Source: Chrysomallon squamiferum
Lineage: Eukaryota > Animalia > Mollusca
Direction of reading: 5' to 3'
DNA length: 64,000 nt
Assembly (NCBI GenBank): GCA_012295275.1
Contig: CM022665.1
Span: 48,174,001 to 48,238,000, forward strand
The notes beneath the pieces were generated by a model that ran no database searches, was not told where the DNA came from, and worked only from the letters and a program-made list of their open reading frames with translations. The translations under genes were made by a program, and so were the position numbers. Below, piece after piece: positions 26,664 through 40,309 of this stretch (the first letter of the stretch is position 1; each line of letters starts with the position of its first letter).

Positions 26664-27876
26664 TATTAAATTATTATTATCATCATTGGAAGTAGTAGTA
26701 GTAGTAGTAGTTTTGTTGTTGTTGTTGCAGTAGTATACATCATCATCATCATCATCATCATCATCATTATTATTATTATTATTATTATTGTTATTATTAT
26801 TACTGTTATTATTATCATTAGAAATAGTGGTAGTAGTAGTAGTAGTAGTAGTAGTAGTTGTTGTTGTTGCTGTTGTTGTAGTATATATCATCATCCTCAT
26901 CATAATCATTATTATTATTATTTTTTTTTTTTGATTATTATTCTCATTATTATTATCTAATATTCTTTTTAATTATTATTCTCATTATTATTATTATCTA
27001 ATATTCTTTTTAATTATTATTCTCATTACTATTATTATCTAATATTCTCTTTAATTATTATTTTCATTATTATTATTATCTAATATTCTTTTTAATTATT
27101 ATTCTCATTATTATTATTTAATATTCTCTTTAATTATTATTCTCATTATTATTATCTAATATTCTCTTTAATTATTATTCTCATTATTATTATTATCTAA
27201 TATTCTTTTTAATTATTATTATCTAATATTCTCTTTAATTATTATTCTCATTATTATTATTATCTAATATTCTTTTTAATTATTATTCTCATTACTATTA
27301 TTATCTAATATTCTTTTTATTTTTCTCATTATTATTATTATCTAATATTCTTTTTAATTATTATTCTCATTACTATTATTATCTAATATTCTTTTAAATT
27401 ATTTTTCTCATTACTATTATTATCTAATATTCTCTTTAATTATTATTCTCATTACTATTATTATCTAATATTCTCTTTAATTATTATTATCATTACTATT
27501 ATTATTATTATCACTGGGTTGGTACAAGTGTTTGCTCTAATCTGTGTGGGTGTGTGTGTGTCTGCACAGTTTCTGTTTTGGTTCCAGACACTTCAGTCAG
27601 TTGCCAAACTATGACTGTACATTTCTGTTTTTCATCAAAGCATCAAATCTCAGTGATTTGGTGAAACAGCAGACAGAAAACTGGGTGGAACAAACATTTC
27701 TAACAGACTGTGTCTGAGAACGTGATTTCATTTCATGCATGACTGAAATGTATGACATAGATACATACACATTCTGAGAGGTGAACACAATGGCAGAGAT
27801 GTGTACACATCTAATTATTGTCTTTGAATTTCATTTACAAAATTTCATTTATTATTATCATCATTTTCATTATTAA

Positions 27877-27943
<67 letters not shown>

Positions 27944-28969
27944 TATTTATTTATTTTAATACTACTAAAATTTTACAATAAAACAGTTTTATGCTGGAAG
28001 ACAAGTTACAAGCATTAGAAATGGTTGTCTGTAAAATAAAGATTAAGGAAATATTCAACTGTTTAACTTCTAATAACGCTCACTGTCTAAAATCATTAAA
28101 AAAACAAAACAATAAAAAATTAAAAAACAAAACATAAATAAAAAATTAAATAAATATTAACATAACTACTTTAATACCAGGGCTAGTGTAGTCTTTTTCA
28201 AAATCTTTAACCCTGTTCTGAAAACATCTTTTACGTTAGAAATTTCAAACTACTTTAACAATTTTATGCTGGTATTCAAACATTTTAACTCTGTTCTGAA
28301 TTTCCAGTGGATGTTTCAAAGACTACAGAAATGCTTGTCGCAGTTAGACAGAAACGTGGTAGATGACTATTTAAATGTCGCCAGTGTTTAGTGGACTGGG
28401 ATAAGCGGAGGTAATCGATACGACCATTAATTACTGCCTGCCCGTGCTGTACAAAGCTGCATCACCTGCTCAACACCGATTAGTGATTGTCAGCTCTCCA
28501 GAGACTACCTCAACGCTTAGTCTGCACCTGCTACAACAACTCCACTTCACTGGAGGTCAGCGCAGATTAATTTTTAACTTGATTTTACCTAATACTTTTC
28601 ATACCTAGTCATATGAGGACATTTTCCTGAAGATCAATATGGTCGTAGGAAGACATTTTTTCATTTTCTTTCTGTTGACTGGTATGGCCAGGCTGGGTCT
28701 AGATTTGCATTTTAGTAACTTATTTATCTTTTCACTTACTTCATGACTAACAGTATAGTGATATAAGGTCTAAAACACACTAGAAACAGTAATTAGAGGG
28801 AATGAATACACCTTAGTCCTGCTGTCACATTTGACAATTCTCAAGTACAGAATCAGATCTTCCCAGTGGATATAGATTAAAAATTAATATAGTCTGCACT
28901 AAAATAATTTAATTAGTACCCAGTATATATATATATATATATATATCAGAATGTCTTCATGAGTCATAC

Positions 28970-29043
<74 letters not shown>

Positions 29044-32000
29044 TTTTAACATGTCAGTGAGTTTGTACTGTGTGTGTTAGAAACAGCGGTTAAAAATAAT
29101 TTATAATTTTTAGTTGTGTAAATCGCTAAGCAGTTTACTTGTGTTTTGTCTATTTGATAAACTACTGTAAGACTAGTAAGACTGCAGACAAGTGTTTGTG
29201 TTACTCAGTGTATTTGATAAACTACTGTAAGACTAGTAAGACTGCAGACAAGTGTTTGTGTTACTCAGTGTATTTGATAAACTACTGTAAGACTAGTAAG
29301 ACTGCAGACAAGTGTTTGTGTTACTCAGTGTATTTGATAAACTACTGTAAACTACTGTAAGACTAGTGAGACTGCAGACAAGTGTTTGTGTTACTCAGTG
29401 TATTTGATAAACTACTGTAAGACTAGTGAGACTGCAGACAAGTGTTTGTGTTACTCAGTGTATTTGATAAACTACTGTAAGACTAGTGAGACTGCAGACA
29501 AGTGTTTGTGTTACTCAGTGTATTTGATAAACTACTTTAAGACTAGTGAGACTGCAGACAAGTGTTTGTGTTACTCAGTGTATTTGATAAACTACTGTAA
29601 GACTAGTGAGACTGCAGACAAGTGTTTGTGTTACTCAGTGTATTTGATAAACTACTGTAAGACTAGTAAGACTGCAGACAAGTGTTTGTGTTACTCAGTG
29701 TATTTGATAAACTACTGTAAGACTAGTAAGACTGCAGACAAGTGTTTGTGTTACTCAGTGTATTTGATAAACTACTTTAAGACTAGTGTTTGTGTTACTC
29801 AGTGTATTTGATAAACTACTGTAAGACTAGTGAGACTGCAGACAAGTGTTTGTGTTACTCAGTGTATTTGATAAACTACTTTAAGACTAGTAAGACTGCA
29901 GACAAGTGTTTGTGTTACTCAGTGTATTTGATAAACTACTTTAAGACTAGTAAGACTGCAGACAAGTGTTTGTGTTACTCAGTGTATTTGATAAACTACT
30001 TTAAGACTAGTAAGACTGCAGACAAAGACTAGTGTTTGTGTTACTACAGTGACTGCATTTTGATAAACTACTGTAAGACTAGTGTTTGTGTTACTAGTGT
30101 AGACTGACTAGACAAGTGTTTGTGTTACTCAGTGTATTTGATAAACTACTGTAAGACTAGTGAGACTGCAGACAAGTGTTTGTGTTACTCAGTGTATTTG
30201 ATAAACTACTTTAAGACTAGTAAGACTGCAGACAAGTGTTTGTGTTACTCAGTGTATTTGATAAACTACTGTAAGACTAGTGAGACTGCAGACAAGTGTT
30301 TGTGTTACTCAGTGTATTTGATAAACTACTGTAAGACTAGTGTTTGTGCTACTCAGTGTATTTGATAAACTACTGTAAACTACTGTAAGACTAGTAAGAC
30401 TGCAGACAAGTGTTTGTGTTACTCAGTGTATTTGATAAACTACTGTAAGACTAGTGTTTGTGTTACTCAGTGTATTTGATAAACTACTGTAAGACTAGTA
30501 AGACTGCAGACAAGTGTTTGTGTTACTCAGTGTATTTGATAAACTACTGTAAGACTAGTGTTTGTGTTACTCAGTGTATTTGATAAACTACTGTAAGACT
30601 AGTGTTTGTGTTACTCAGTGTATTTGATAAACTACTGTAAGACTAGTAAGACTGCAGACAAGTGTTTGTTTTACCGGATGAGGTCAAGGAAGGCGTCCAG
30701 TGACGTTGCTGTCATCAGCTCCTCCTTCGAGGTGACGACAACTTTCTTCGAGTAGGAGCCGGGGTGAATCGACACCACGAGGACGATGCCGATGATGATG
30801 GCGATGAACGTTGTTGCGAAGTAGTAAACAATTGCACGAAGTCCCATCCTGCCACTGGACTTAGCATCGAGAGATGCCAAACCTGAAACAGTGAATACAA
30901 ACTTAGTGAATACAAACTTAGTGAATACAAACTTAGTGACAGCAGATTTAGTGACAGCAAACTTAGTGACAACAAATTATATCTAGTGACAATTAATTAC
31001 AAATATGTGACAATGTGACAATATAATACATTTAGTGACAACAAATTATATTTATTATGTATTCAGTAACAATAGGTTACATCTAGTGACAGTAAATTAT
31101 ATTTAGTAAGAATTCATCACATATCAGGGACAATACATTAATTACAACAAATTACATATTATTAGTGATAATAAATTATATTTAGTGACAAACGTACACT
31201 AATGATTAAATTATGACAATCACAGAGATTTCAGTCAGTAATCATGAGTACACTGTCATAATTAATTATTAGTGACAAAATTACACAAGTTGATTTACTG
31301 GTAAGACACATTAGTGAGATGGATGTTATATATTAGTGAGATGGATGTTACATATTAGTGAGATGGATGTTACATATTAGTGAGATGAATATTATATATT
31401 AGTGAGATGAATATTATATATTCGTGATGGATGTTACATATTAGTGAGATGGATGTTACATATTAGTGATATTAGTGAGATGAATATGGGATAATGTATT
31501 ATCAGTAGTGAGACATATTTTACATGTTAATGTAACCATGAGGTTATGTTGCTACATAAGTGATATGTGCATATACAACTGTCAGATATATATTACATAC
31601 CAATATAGTAGTGAGACACACAAAAAACTGATATGTGAGACCTATGTAAGATGTTGATGTGTTTGTGAGATATACAAGATGTTGATTATATTAGTGTGAT
31701 ATATCAGTCAGACACATATTACAGGTTACTATATTAATGAGATTATACACTAAAACAACTGTGAGGCAGATTAGAACAAGCAGTATTTATTTAAACATTC
31801 TGGACATTTTAACTGTCTAAATGAACAGTTATTTGTTCATGCAACATCCTGCTGATCATGTGAGCTGTATATTTTGCACTGACCAAGTAATTTACTTTAT
31901 GTACCTTTCCTGGCGTCAGGTCACATATTAAAGCAAACAGTTAATGTATTAATCAACGAGAAAAATTCCCACGGGGCAAGATTCTCGAGAAAAAAAATGT

Positions 32001-32204
32001 AAATAACAAAATAAAAACACTGGATTAGAAATCAATACTGAAAGAGGAGACATGTTTACGAAATGTTCTATAAATAGAAATAATCCTTCTTAAACACTTT
32101 GTAAACAGCTGTCATAGTGTGACATATGTGTCACTTTTGTATTTCTTCTTAATTTCATTTAAATTAATCTATACACCTTATATACATATATAGATTATAT
32201 ACAC

Positions 32205-32243
<39 letters not shown>

Positions 32244-35200
32244 CTTTAATTTAATTACTTTTTTATTTCAAAAACTATTATAGATCTTTGTGAATAGTTT
32301 TATTTTAGTAGTTTATTTCATGGAGTCTATGTCATAACATAGCACATTAATAATAATGAAATCTTTCAGGTGTATCACAGATAATATTAAAACAGGTATA
32401 TTACAGGTAATATTAAAACAGGTGTATCACAGGTAATATTAAAACAGTCATTCACTGTTTGTGATCTGTGTGTTTAGAGTTTGGGCTATCAAGTGCACTA
32501 CAGCTGGTATGAGTCAGGTATTGTCAGTGTGTTTCTGTTACTGAGAAGGTGTACACAGAAGATTTCTTACTGCTAATGGTAACACCAGGTCTCCTGTTTC
32601 AAATAAACTCTTTAAAGAAATGTTTAAGTTAAAATATGCTGAGAGTCACATTTCCAGTGTTGTTCTCAGAAGCACATTTATTTAACAATATTCACTGCAG
32701 CTTTAAAATATAAAAACCAAGAGTATTCTTATAATAAACAAATGGGAATATTTAATGTATGTCTAATAAATATTTTTTTTAGATTCATGAAAACTTTGCT
32801 GTGACTAACTCTATACCTCTACCCCCAACTCCCTGACCCCACCCATCCCAACCTCTGACAAAAGCCTTGTTGTTAGTAATTCTATATCCCACCATCTTAT
32901 AATTCTATACTCCATCTAAACCCTACACCCACCATCTTATAATTCATTACTCCATCTAAACCTAGACCCACCATCTTATAATTCTATACTCCATCTAAAC
33001 CTACACCCACCATCTTATATTTCTATATTCCATCTAAACCTACACCCACAATCTTATAATTCTATATTCCATCTAAACCTACACCCACCATCTTATATTT
33101 CTATACTCCATCTAAACCTACACCCACCATCTTATATTTCTATACTCCATCTAAACCTAGACCCACCATTTTATAATTCTATATTCCATCTAAACCCTAC
33201 ACCCACCATCTTATAATTCATTACTCCATCTAAACCCTACACCCACCTTATAATTCTATACTCCATCTAAACCTACACCCACCCTCCCCTACTCTACTCC
33301 CTCCTGTCCACACCCATGACTGTTTGTGGGACTGTTCTGAAAGCATTCCTTCACCACAGTGACTAGGTGACATCTGGTGTACTAAGCTGGCAGATTTAGT
33401 TCACTCTGAGAGTGTTATATTAACAACATGTGTAACATACACAGCGTATCTCCCAGTCGTAATGCAATAACACACTGATAAGTTAACTCTGTGTAACAAA
33501 CACAGATGACAGAGATATTGTTGTTGTTTGTTTTATTAAAGTGAAACACAAAACGGTTTCAAACACACCCAGTGTGCTAAAATAAATATCAGTCATTTAG
33601 TGGGCTGCCTTTGCTCAGCAAAAATTATTTAATTTTTTATTTCCAAGTGGCCTTGAATGAGTAAAGATTTATTTAGTATTAAAGACACTGTCAGCGATGT
33701 TTTATGTTAATTAAAGAAAAATGATTCACAGGTTATTCATTTGAGTCAGCAGCAAGACATTTCGATTTTGTTTTCTTCAGAAGAGCATATACCATGATCT
33801 TTGGGACACTGTTGGAATGGGATATAAAGCTCTAAAGATTTGACTTAACTCAGAGAAAATGAGTAAAAACGATTTTCTTTAACTCAGAGGAAAGCAAAAT
33901 TAATAAAATGAAAGAAAACATTAAAGTGAGACGCTGTATTTAAACTGCAGATCACTTATTCTGGTGACACTCACTGTAAATCAACAACAGAACAAAAATC
34001 AATGAACTCTGATAAGGTTTATCAAAGTTTGTTTGATACTTTGCAGGACTGTAACCAATAGTAACAGGTCAAGGATTGTCAGCCTTTTATTCATGAATGT
34101 ATACAGGTTATCACATTCCAAACACTGCCCATAACCGTAATATATAAAAGTAACATATTTTGTTTTGGAATTATGGTCACAACAAATCACAGACATTTAC
34201 TTTATTATTTTTCCAGTAATGCTCACCATGAATACTCAGTTTACTTTTTGTACTGCTAAGTTTACATGTTATATTGCTAAGTTTACATGTTATATTGCTA
34301 TGTTTACTTGTTACAAAGCTATGTTTACTTGTTACATTGCTCAGTTTATTCAACATTGATAAATTTACTTTTTTTATTTGTGTTAAAATGTTATATTGCA
34401 AAGTTTACTAAATTGCTATGTTTACTTGCTACACTGCTGTATTTACTTGTTATTTTTCAATGTTATAATGCTTTACTTGTTATATAGATGTTCACTTGTT
34501 ATATAGATGTTTACTTGTTATATAGATGTTCACTTGTTATATAGATGTATTTACTTGTTATATAGATGTTTACTTGTTATATAGATGTTTACTTGTTATA
34601 TAGATGTTCACTTGTTATATAGATGTTCACTTGTTATATAGATGTGTTTACTTGTTATATAGATGTTTACTTGTTATATAGATGTTTACTTGTTATATAG
34701 ATGTTCACTTGTTATATAGATGTGTTTACTTGTTATATAGATGTGTTTACTTGTTATATAGATGTTCACTTGTTATATAGATGTGTTTACTTGTTATATA
34801 GATGTTTACTTGTTATATAGATGTTCACTTGTTATATAGATGTTCACTTGTTATATAGATGTGTTCACTTGTTATATAGATGTTTACTTGTTATATAGAT
34901 GTTTACTTGTTATATAGATGTGTTTACTTGTTATATAGATGTTTACTTGTTATATAGATGTTTACTTGTTATATAGATGTGTTTACTTGTTATATAGATG
35001 TATTTACTTGTTATATAGATGTTTACTTGTTATATAGATGTGTTCACTTGTTATATAGATGTTTTACTTGTTATATAGATGTTCACTTGTTATATAGATG
35101 TTTTACTTGTTATATAGATGTTTACTTGTTATATAGATGTTTACTTGTTATATAGATGTGTTCACTTGTTATATAGATGTTTTACTTGTTATATAGATGT

Positions 35201-37280
35201 TTTACTTGTTATATAGATGTTTACTTGTTATATAGATGTGTTTACTTGTTATATAGATGTTTACTTGTTATATAGATGTTTACTTGTTATATAGATGTTC
35301 ACTTGTTATATAGATGTGTTCACTTGTTATATAGATGTTTACTTGTTATATAGATGTTTACTTGTTATATAGATGTTCTTTACTTGTTATATAGATGTTT
35401 ACTTGTTATATAGATGTTCACTTGTTATATAGATGTGTTCACTTGTTATATAGATGTGGTTTCACTTGTTATATAGATGTTTACTTGTTATATAGATGTT
35501 TACTTGTTATATAGATGTTTAATAACACCATATAGATGTTCACCAGTTATATAGATTTTTGAGACAGATTTTCCTTGTTATATAGAAATTAAACTATAGA
35601 TGTTTACTTGTTATATAGTTGTTTTTTTTTTAAAAATAGATTTGTTTACACCATTTTATAGATGTTTACTTGTTATATAAATGTTTATTTGTTATAAAGA
35701 TTTTCCTTGTTATATAAAAAAAAAAAAAAAAAAATTTGCTATGTTTACCATTTTCTACATTTCTGTAAATTAAACTACAGTGCGTGTGACAAAAACATTT
35801 TACCTATCTGTTTAAACTACAGATTTATCATAAAACACTTTGATCTTTTGAAAAAAACAGTTTTGCATTCTCATCAAGATTCCTCTCCTGGGAAGGATAT
35901 AAAGCATGATGGTGTTTGCTGAAACATTTTCCATATCTGTAAATTAAACTACAGATTTGTGAGAAAACATTTTTCTATCTTTTTTAAAAAAACAGATTTG
36001 TGAGACACCATTTTCCTATCTGTAAATTAAACTACAGATTTGTGAGAAAACATTTTCCTATCTTTTAAAAAAAAAAAACAGATTTGTGAGACAACATTTT
36101 CCTATCTGTTTTTAAAAAAAAAAAAAAAAAAGATTTGTGAGAAAACATTTTCCTATCTTTTAAAAAAAAAAAAAAAAAAAAACAGATTTGTGAGACATTT
36201 TCCTATATTTTTAAAAAACAACAGATTTGTGAGACAACATTTTCCTATCTGTTAAAAAACAACAGATTTGTGAGACATTATTTACATATATGTAAAAAAA
36301 AAAAATTTGTGAGACAACATTTTCCTATCTCTAAAACCCCCCCAGATTTGTGAGACATTTTCCTATCTCTAAAAAAACAACAGATTTGTGAGACCACATT
36401 TTTTTCTTTCTGTAAACAGATTTGTGAGACACCATTTTCAAAAACAGTTTGTTAGTGACTGAAACACTTAAAATAAAGTAAAAATCTGCAAAATATGTTT
36501 ATAGTGTTAGGAAATACAGAAAACAGGGCAGCTAAATTTCATTAAAAGTGAGTTGAAAATAATTTTAAAAAAAACAACAATTTTTACAGTTAAATAATTT
36601 GAGGGATAAATCTATAATTTGTGTTGATGTTTAGACACAACTACCTAGAACAAGAACTGCATTCACAGATATATCTGTATCATCAATCTAAATTAACTGT
36701 CTTTTAAAACTCTTTTATTAAGGCTTGCTTTCAAATTTGTTTAAGTACCATTTTACACTCCCACACATACATAAACACCCACCATAAAAACCACACCCTC
36801 ACCCACACATACTGTATTTTCAGTAATTTAACTTCCTCTTAAACGTTTGTTATCAAACCATACTTGGGTTTTTCCTTGTTTCGTGTTCATATCATATTTT
36901 TCTGCACTAGTGAAGACTGTTATTGTTAAATGAAGTGGTAAAAGTATTGTATTAAGACACTGTTACTGTTAAATACAGCATTAACTTATTTAATTCTATT
37001 TTTCTTCTTATGCATTGTAATCGCTTAAAACCATGTTGAACTTTAAATGCATCAGTTGTGTGTTTGTTTAATCGTTGCTAACAGAAATAATTCCTAAATT
37101 ACTGTGATTCTGAAACACAATTGTAAAGTCTGTTGTAGATTTCTGTTTGATTTTTCAACTCTAAATTCAAAACTTACACTGACATAACCAAATAATTCAT
37201 TTTAATTTTATTTATGAAATTAATAATACTGGGCATCTCAAACTGCTTGTGTGTGTGTGTGTTTTTTTATGTGTGTGTTT

Positions 37281-37353
<73 letters not shown>

Positions 37354-37813
37354 TGTGTCTAAAAAGAGAGCGAAAGAGAGAGAGAGAGAGAGATTCTGTT
37401 TAACACATTGTTTTATCAAAGAAGCTCTATTGTAATAAATAATTATGTTTCAAATTTATTTATCAAACTCACCATAATGGGTGTGTCACTCTTGAATTTC
37501 ATGTGTTTGTGTGTGTGTGTGTGTGTCTCTAAAAGAGAGAGAGAGAGAGAGAGAGATTCTGTTTAACACATTGTTTTATCAAAGAAGCTCTATTGTAATA
37601 AATAATTATGTTTCAAATTTATTTATCAAACTCACCATAATGGGTATGTCACTCTTGAGTTTCATGTGTGTGTGTGTGTGTTTGTGTGTGTGTATGTGTG
37701 TGTGTATGTGTCTATATGTGTGTGTGTCTGTGTGTCTGTGTGTGTCTGTGTGTCTGTGTGTGTCTATATGTGTGTGTGTCTGTATGTGTGTGTGTCTGTG
37801 TGTGTGTCTTTGT

Positions 37814-37857
<44 letters not shown>

Positions 37858-38147
37858 AAAGAGTGACAGAAAGAGAGAGAGAGATAGAAAGACAGATAGA
37901 CAGATATATATATATATATATATATTCTGTATATCATGGCATTCTATCTAAGAACTGTTCTGTGTGTGTCAAGCTGCCCTGGTTTGGACGTTTAAAGAGA
38001 TTACAACAAGTGATGAATAAGAGATGAGTTTTTAACTTGATTACAACTCACCGCTTTGAAGACGCGTTTGGCCCGACCAGTTTCTTCAAATCTCAGGTTT
38101 GGCCCCGATGTTTCCATCATGGCTTCTGCAGCACCTTTGTCGTCCAT
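22122..38147 (-). CDS. Excitatory amino acid (glutamate/aspartate) transporter, SLC1 family, EAAT2-like; multi-exon
   Basis: Exons 38147-38052, [scrambled ~36019-35544], 30882-30675, 26485-26217, 25416-25290, 24215-23982, 23238-23044, 22656-22522, 22305-22122 join in phase. SLC1 signatures: [96 protein letters not shown] and RTSVNV are EAAT2/SLC1A2-like, but strict orthology is not claimed. Confidence 0.95.
22522..22656 (-). CDS. EAAT exon (HP2/TM8)
   Basis: ttgcag|[44 protein letters not shown]|gtaaga. Confidence 0.94.
23044..23238 (-). CDS. EAAT exon (TM7, NMDGT motif)
   Basis: cacag|[64 protein letters not shown]|gttcgt. Confidence 0.95.
23470..23985 (-). repeat. 33-43 bp minisatellite of EAAT donor copies
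   Basis: Plus strand ttctaact(aactgact)cacctg(g/t)atgaaattacaggtgt, i.e. minus-strand CAG|GTGAGT in most units. Confidence 0.92.
23982..24215 (-). CDS. EAAT exon (TM5-6/HP1)
   Basis: ctcag|[41 protein letters not shown]...[11 protein letters not shown]|gtgagt. Confidence 0.95.
24216..25165 (-). repeat. ~40-45 bp minisatellite of EAAT acceptor copies
   Basis: atacctgaataatagtcatcagtagtcagtagacagtaactt; minus strand TTCAG|GTAT mirrors the real CTCAG|GTAT junction. Confidence 0.92.
25290..25416 (-). CDS. EAAT exon
   Basis: ttcag|[42 protein letters not shown]|gtaaac. Confidence 0.93.
26217..26485 (-). CDS. EAAT exon (extracellular glycosylated loop)
   Basis: tgcag|[13 protein letters not shown]...PYNDGINVL|gtttgt. 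Confidence 0.93.
29135..30670. repeat. 60 bp highly homogeneous minisatellite abutting an EAAT donor
   Basis: gtgtttgtgttactcagtgtatttgataaactactgtaagactagt(a/g)agactgcagacaa, about 1.5 kb long. Confidence 0.95.
30675..30882 (-). CDS. EAAT exon (TM3)
   Basis: ttcag|[41 protein letters not shown]...LDAFLDLIR|gtaaaa. Confidence 0.94.
32875..33285. repeat. ~40 bp minisatellite
   Basis: cacccaccatcttataattctatactccatctaaaccta. Confidence 0.9.
34470..35540. repeat. 19-21 bp minisatellite abutting the donor of the scrambled EAAT exon
   Basis: tatagatgtt(t/c)acttgtta. Confidence 0.95.
35544..36019 (-). other. Scrambled EAAT TM1-TM2 exon
   Basis: Recognisable fragments: tttacag|IGKWCLTNL (36019), ANTIML-ISFPGE-ILMRM (~35920-35866, frameshifted) and ATAACTG|gtgaac (35544; phase 1, matching the next exon). 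They are interleaved with the flanking repeat units. Confidence 0.7.
35930..36440 (-). repeat. ~40-50 bp minisatellite of EAAT acceptor plus exon-start copies
   Basis: acagatttgtgagac(a/c)acattttcctatct, i.e. minus-strand AG|ATAGGAAAATG(G/T)TGTCTCACAAATCTG. Confidence 0.85.
38052..38147 (-). CDS. EAAT first coding exon
   Basis: caaa[35 protein letters not shown]|gtgagt. Phase 0 fits IGKWCLTNL. Upstream acceptors at ~38180 and ~38198 indicate a 5'UTR intron. Confidence 0.75.
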
Positions 38148-39053
38148 TTTGTGAAAAACCTCAACACTTGATCACTCACCTAAAACAGAACCAGAACCTG
38201 TAGCACACATGTCACTCAGGTGCCTCACATTTGTTAATTGTGATTTAAATCATTATGTTCATTGCACACAGTCGCACAGTGCAGTTAGCTGTGCACACAA
38301 CTGTTAAATTACACTGTACATAATTTACATTATAAATAATTTAGTCTTAACTCTGCATGCAATATTAATTTATCAAATATTAATTTACATTATATACAAT
38401 TTAGTTTTAACTTTGTATTCAATTGTTAATTTATCAGACATTAGTTTACATTATGTATAATACATTCTTAATTTTGTATTCAGTTAATTTATTAATATAA
38501 TTTAGTCTTAACTTTGCATACAATCATTAATTTATCAATATTAATTTCTATTATATATAATTTATTCCTATTTTATTTGCATCAGTTAATTTATCAGCTA
38601 TCTGTTTACATTTTTATTTCGTAATTTTACAGATTTAAAAATAAATGTACTTATATTAATATACATTTCTTTCTTCACAGTCTAAGCTTTATCTTAACTT
38701 TATATGCAGCTGTACATTTATGAAATATTATGTTACATTAATTTTACATAATTTTAACACAGCATAATCTTAATGTATAGTTATATGCATGTCAAATCTT
38801 AATTTACATAAACAAATAATACAGTTTTACGTTTATATATAGTTGCACAGATGTCCAATATTAATTTTTATATAATTTAAATATAGTCTACACTTTATGT
38901 ATAGAATCATTAATTTATCAAATATTAATTTACATCTGTTTTATTTACTTTAACTTCATAAACAGTTGCAGAAACATGTAAAATGTTAATTAACATTAAT
39001 TTTTTGACAATTTAAACAGTCTTAACTTTATTTATTGTTGAAAACTTGTCAAA

Positions 39054-39088
<35 letters not shown>

Positions 39089-39644
39089 TTTTTTATTATT
39101 ATTACTATTATTATTATTAATTATTATTATTATTATTATTTTATTATTATTATTACTATTATTACTATTATTATTATTATTATTATTACTATTACTATTA
39201 TTACTATTATTATTATTACTATTATTATTATTATTATTACTATTATTATTATTATTATTATTACTATTATTATTACTATTTTTATTACTATTACTACTGT
39301 TTTCATGGTGTACTGAGTGAGTTTTACAGTGACAAAGGAGAGATGGCTGACTGTGTAATAAATCTTGATATCTCCCAGCATTAGCTGTCAGTTGCGGATG
39401 TGTAATTTGCTAAACACTGCTCCGTGCTGCAAAATTACACCTCATCTCTTTGAAACAAGAATAATGCATACTTAACAAAGGTCAGTGAGCAATTTGTACA
39501 ACTCACAGATACTCACACTCACTCTCACTGTCACCAGCGCCTATAAACAACTTTGATTATAATGGAGAACTGATTGGCACAAAATAAGTGTGAGTTTCCT
39601 CCTGCTTGTACAAAGTAACAAATGTCTAACAACTGATAGCAAAT

Positions 39645-40078
39645 ACATACACACATACACACACACATAGATAGAAATAGACAGACACACACACATAGAT
39701 AGAAATAGACAGACACACACACATAGATAGAAATAGACAGACACACATACACACACACATAGATAGAAATAGACAAACACACATAGATAGAAATAGACAG
39801 ACACACACACATAGATAGAAATAGACAGACACACACACATAGATAGAAATAGACACACACACACACATAGATAGAAATAGACAGACACACATACACACAC
39901 ACATAGATAGAAATAGACAGACACACACACATAGATAGAAATAGACAGACACACACACATAGATAGAAATAGACAGACACACATACACACACACATAGAT
40001 AGAAATAGACAGACACACACACATAGATACAAATAGACAGACACACATACACACACACACATAGATAGAAATAGACAG

Positions 40079-40109
<31 letters not shown>

Positions 40110-40265
40110 AATAGACAGACACACATACACACACACACATAGATAGAAATAGACAGACACACACACATAGATAGAAATAGACAGACACACATACACACAC
40201 ACATAGATAGAAATAGACAGACACACACACACACACACACACACATATAGATAGATATAGATACA

Positions 40266-40302
<37 letters not shown>
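39645..40302. repeat. Compound microsatellite array (CA)n-TAGATAGAAATAGACAGA
   Basis: Repeated unit directly visible; source of the long C/V-rich spurious ORFs. Confidence 0.95.

Positions 40303-40309
<7 letters not shown>

Noticed and set aside
26490-26930. Poly-T/N/D/I ORF 26574-26909
   Set aside because: Mixed trinucleotide microsatellites (ATT, AGT, GTT, CAT) in an intron.
29139-30365. Repetitive ORFs ([20 protein letters not shown]) and a CRISPR-like appearance
   Set aside because: Contiguous 60 bp units with no unique spacers, in eukaryotic intronic context with no cas genes.
33999-34196. ORF with CLECD and a hydrophobic stretch as the missing EAAT TM1 exon
   Set aside because: Wrong order (downstream of the TM2 fragments) and no SLC1 similarity; TM1 is accounted for at ~36019.
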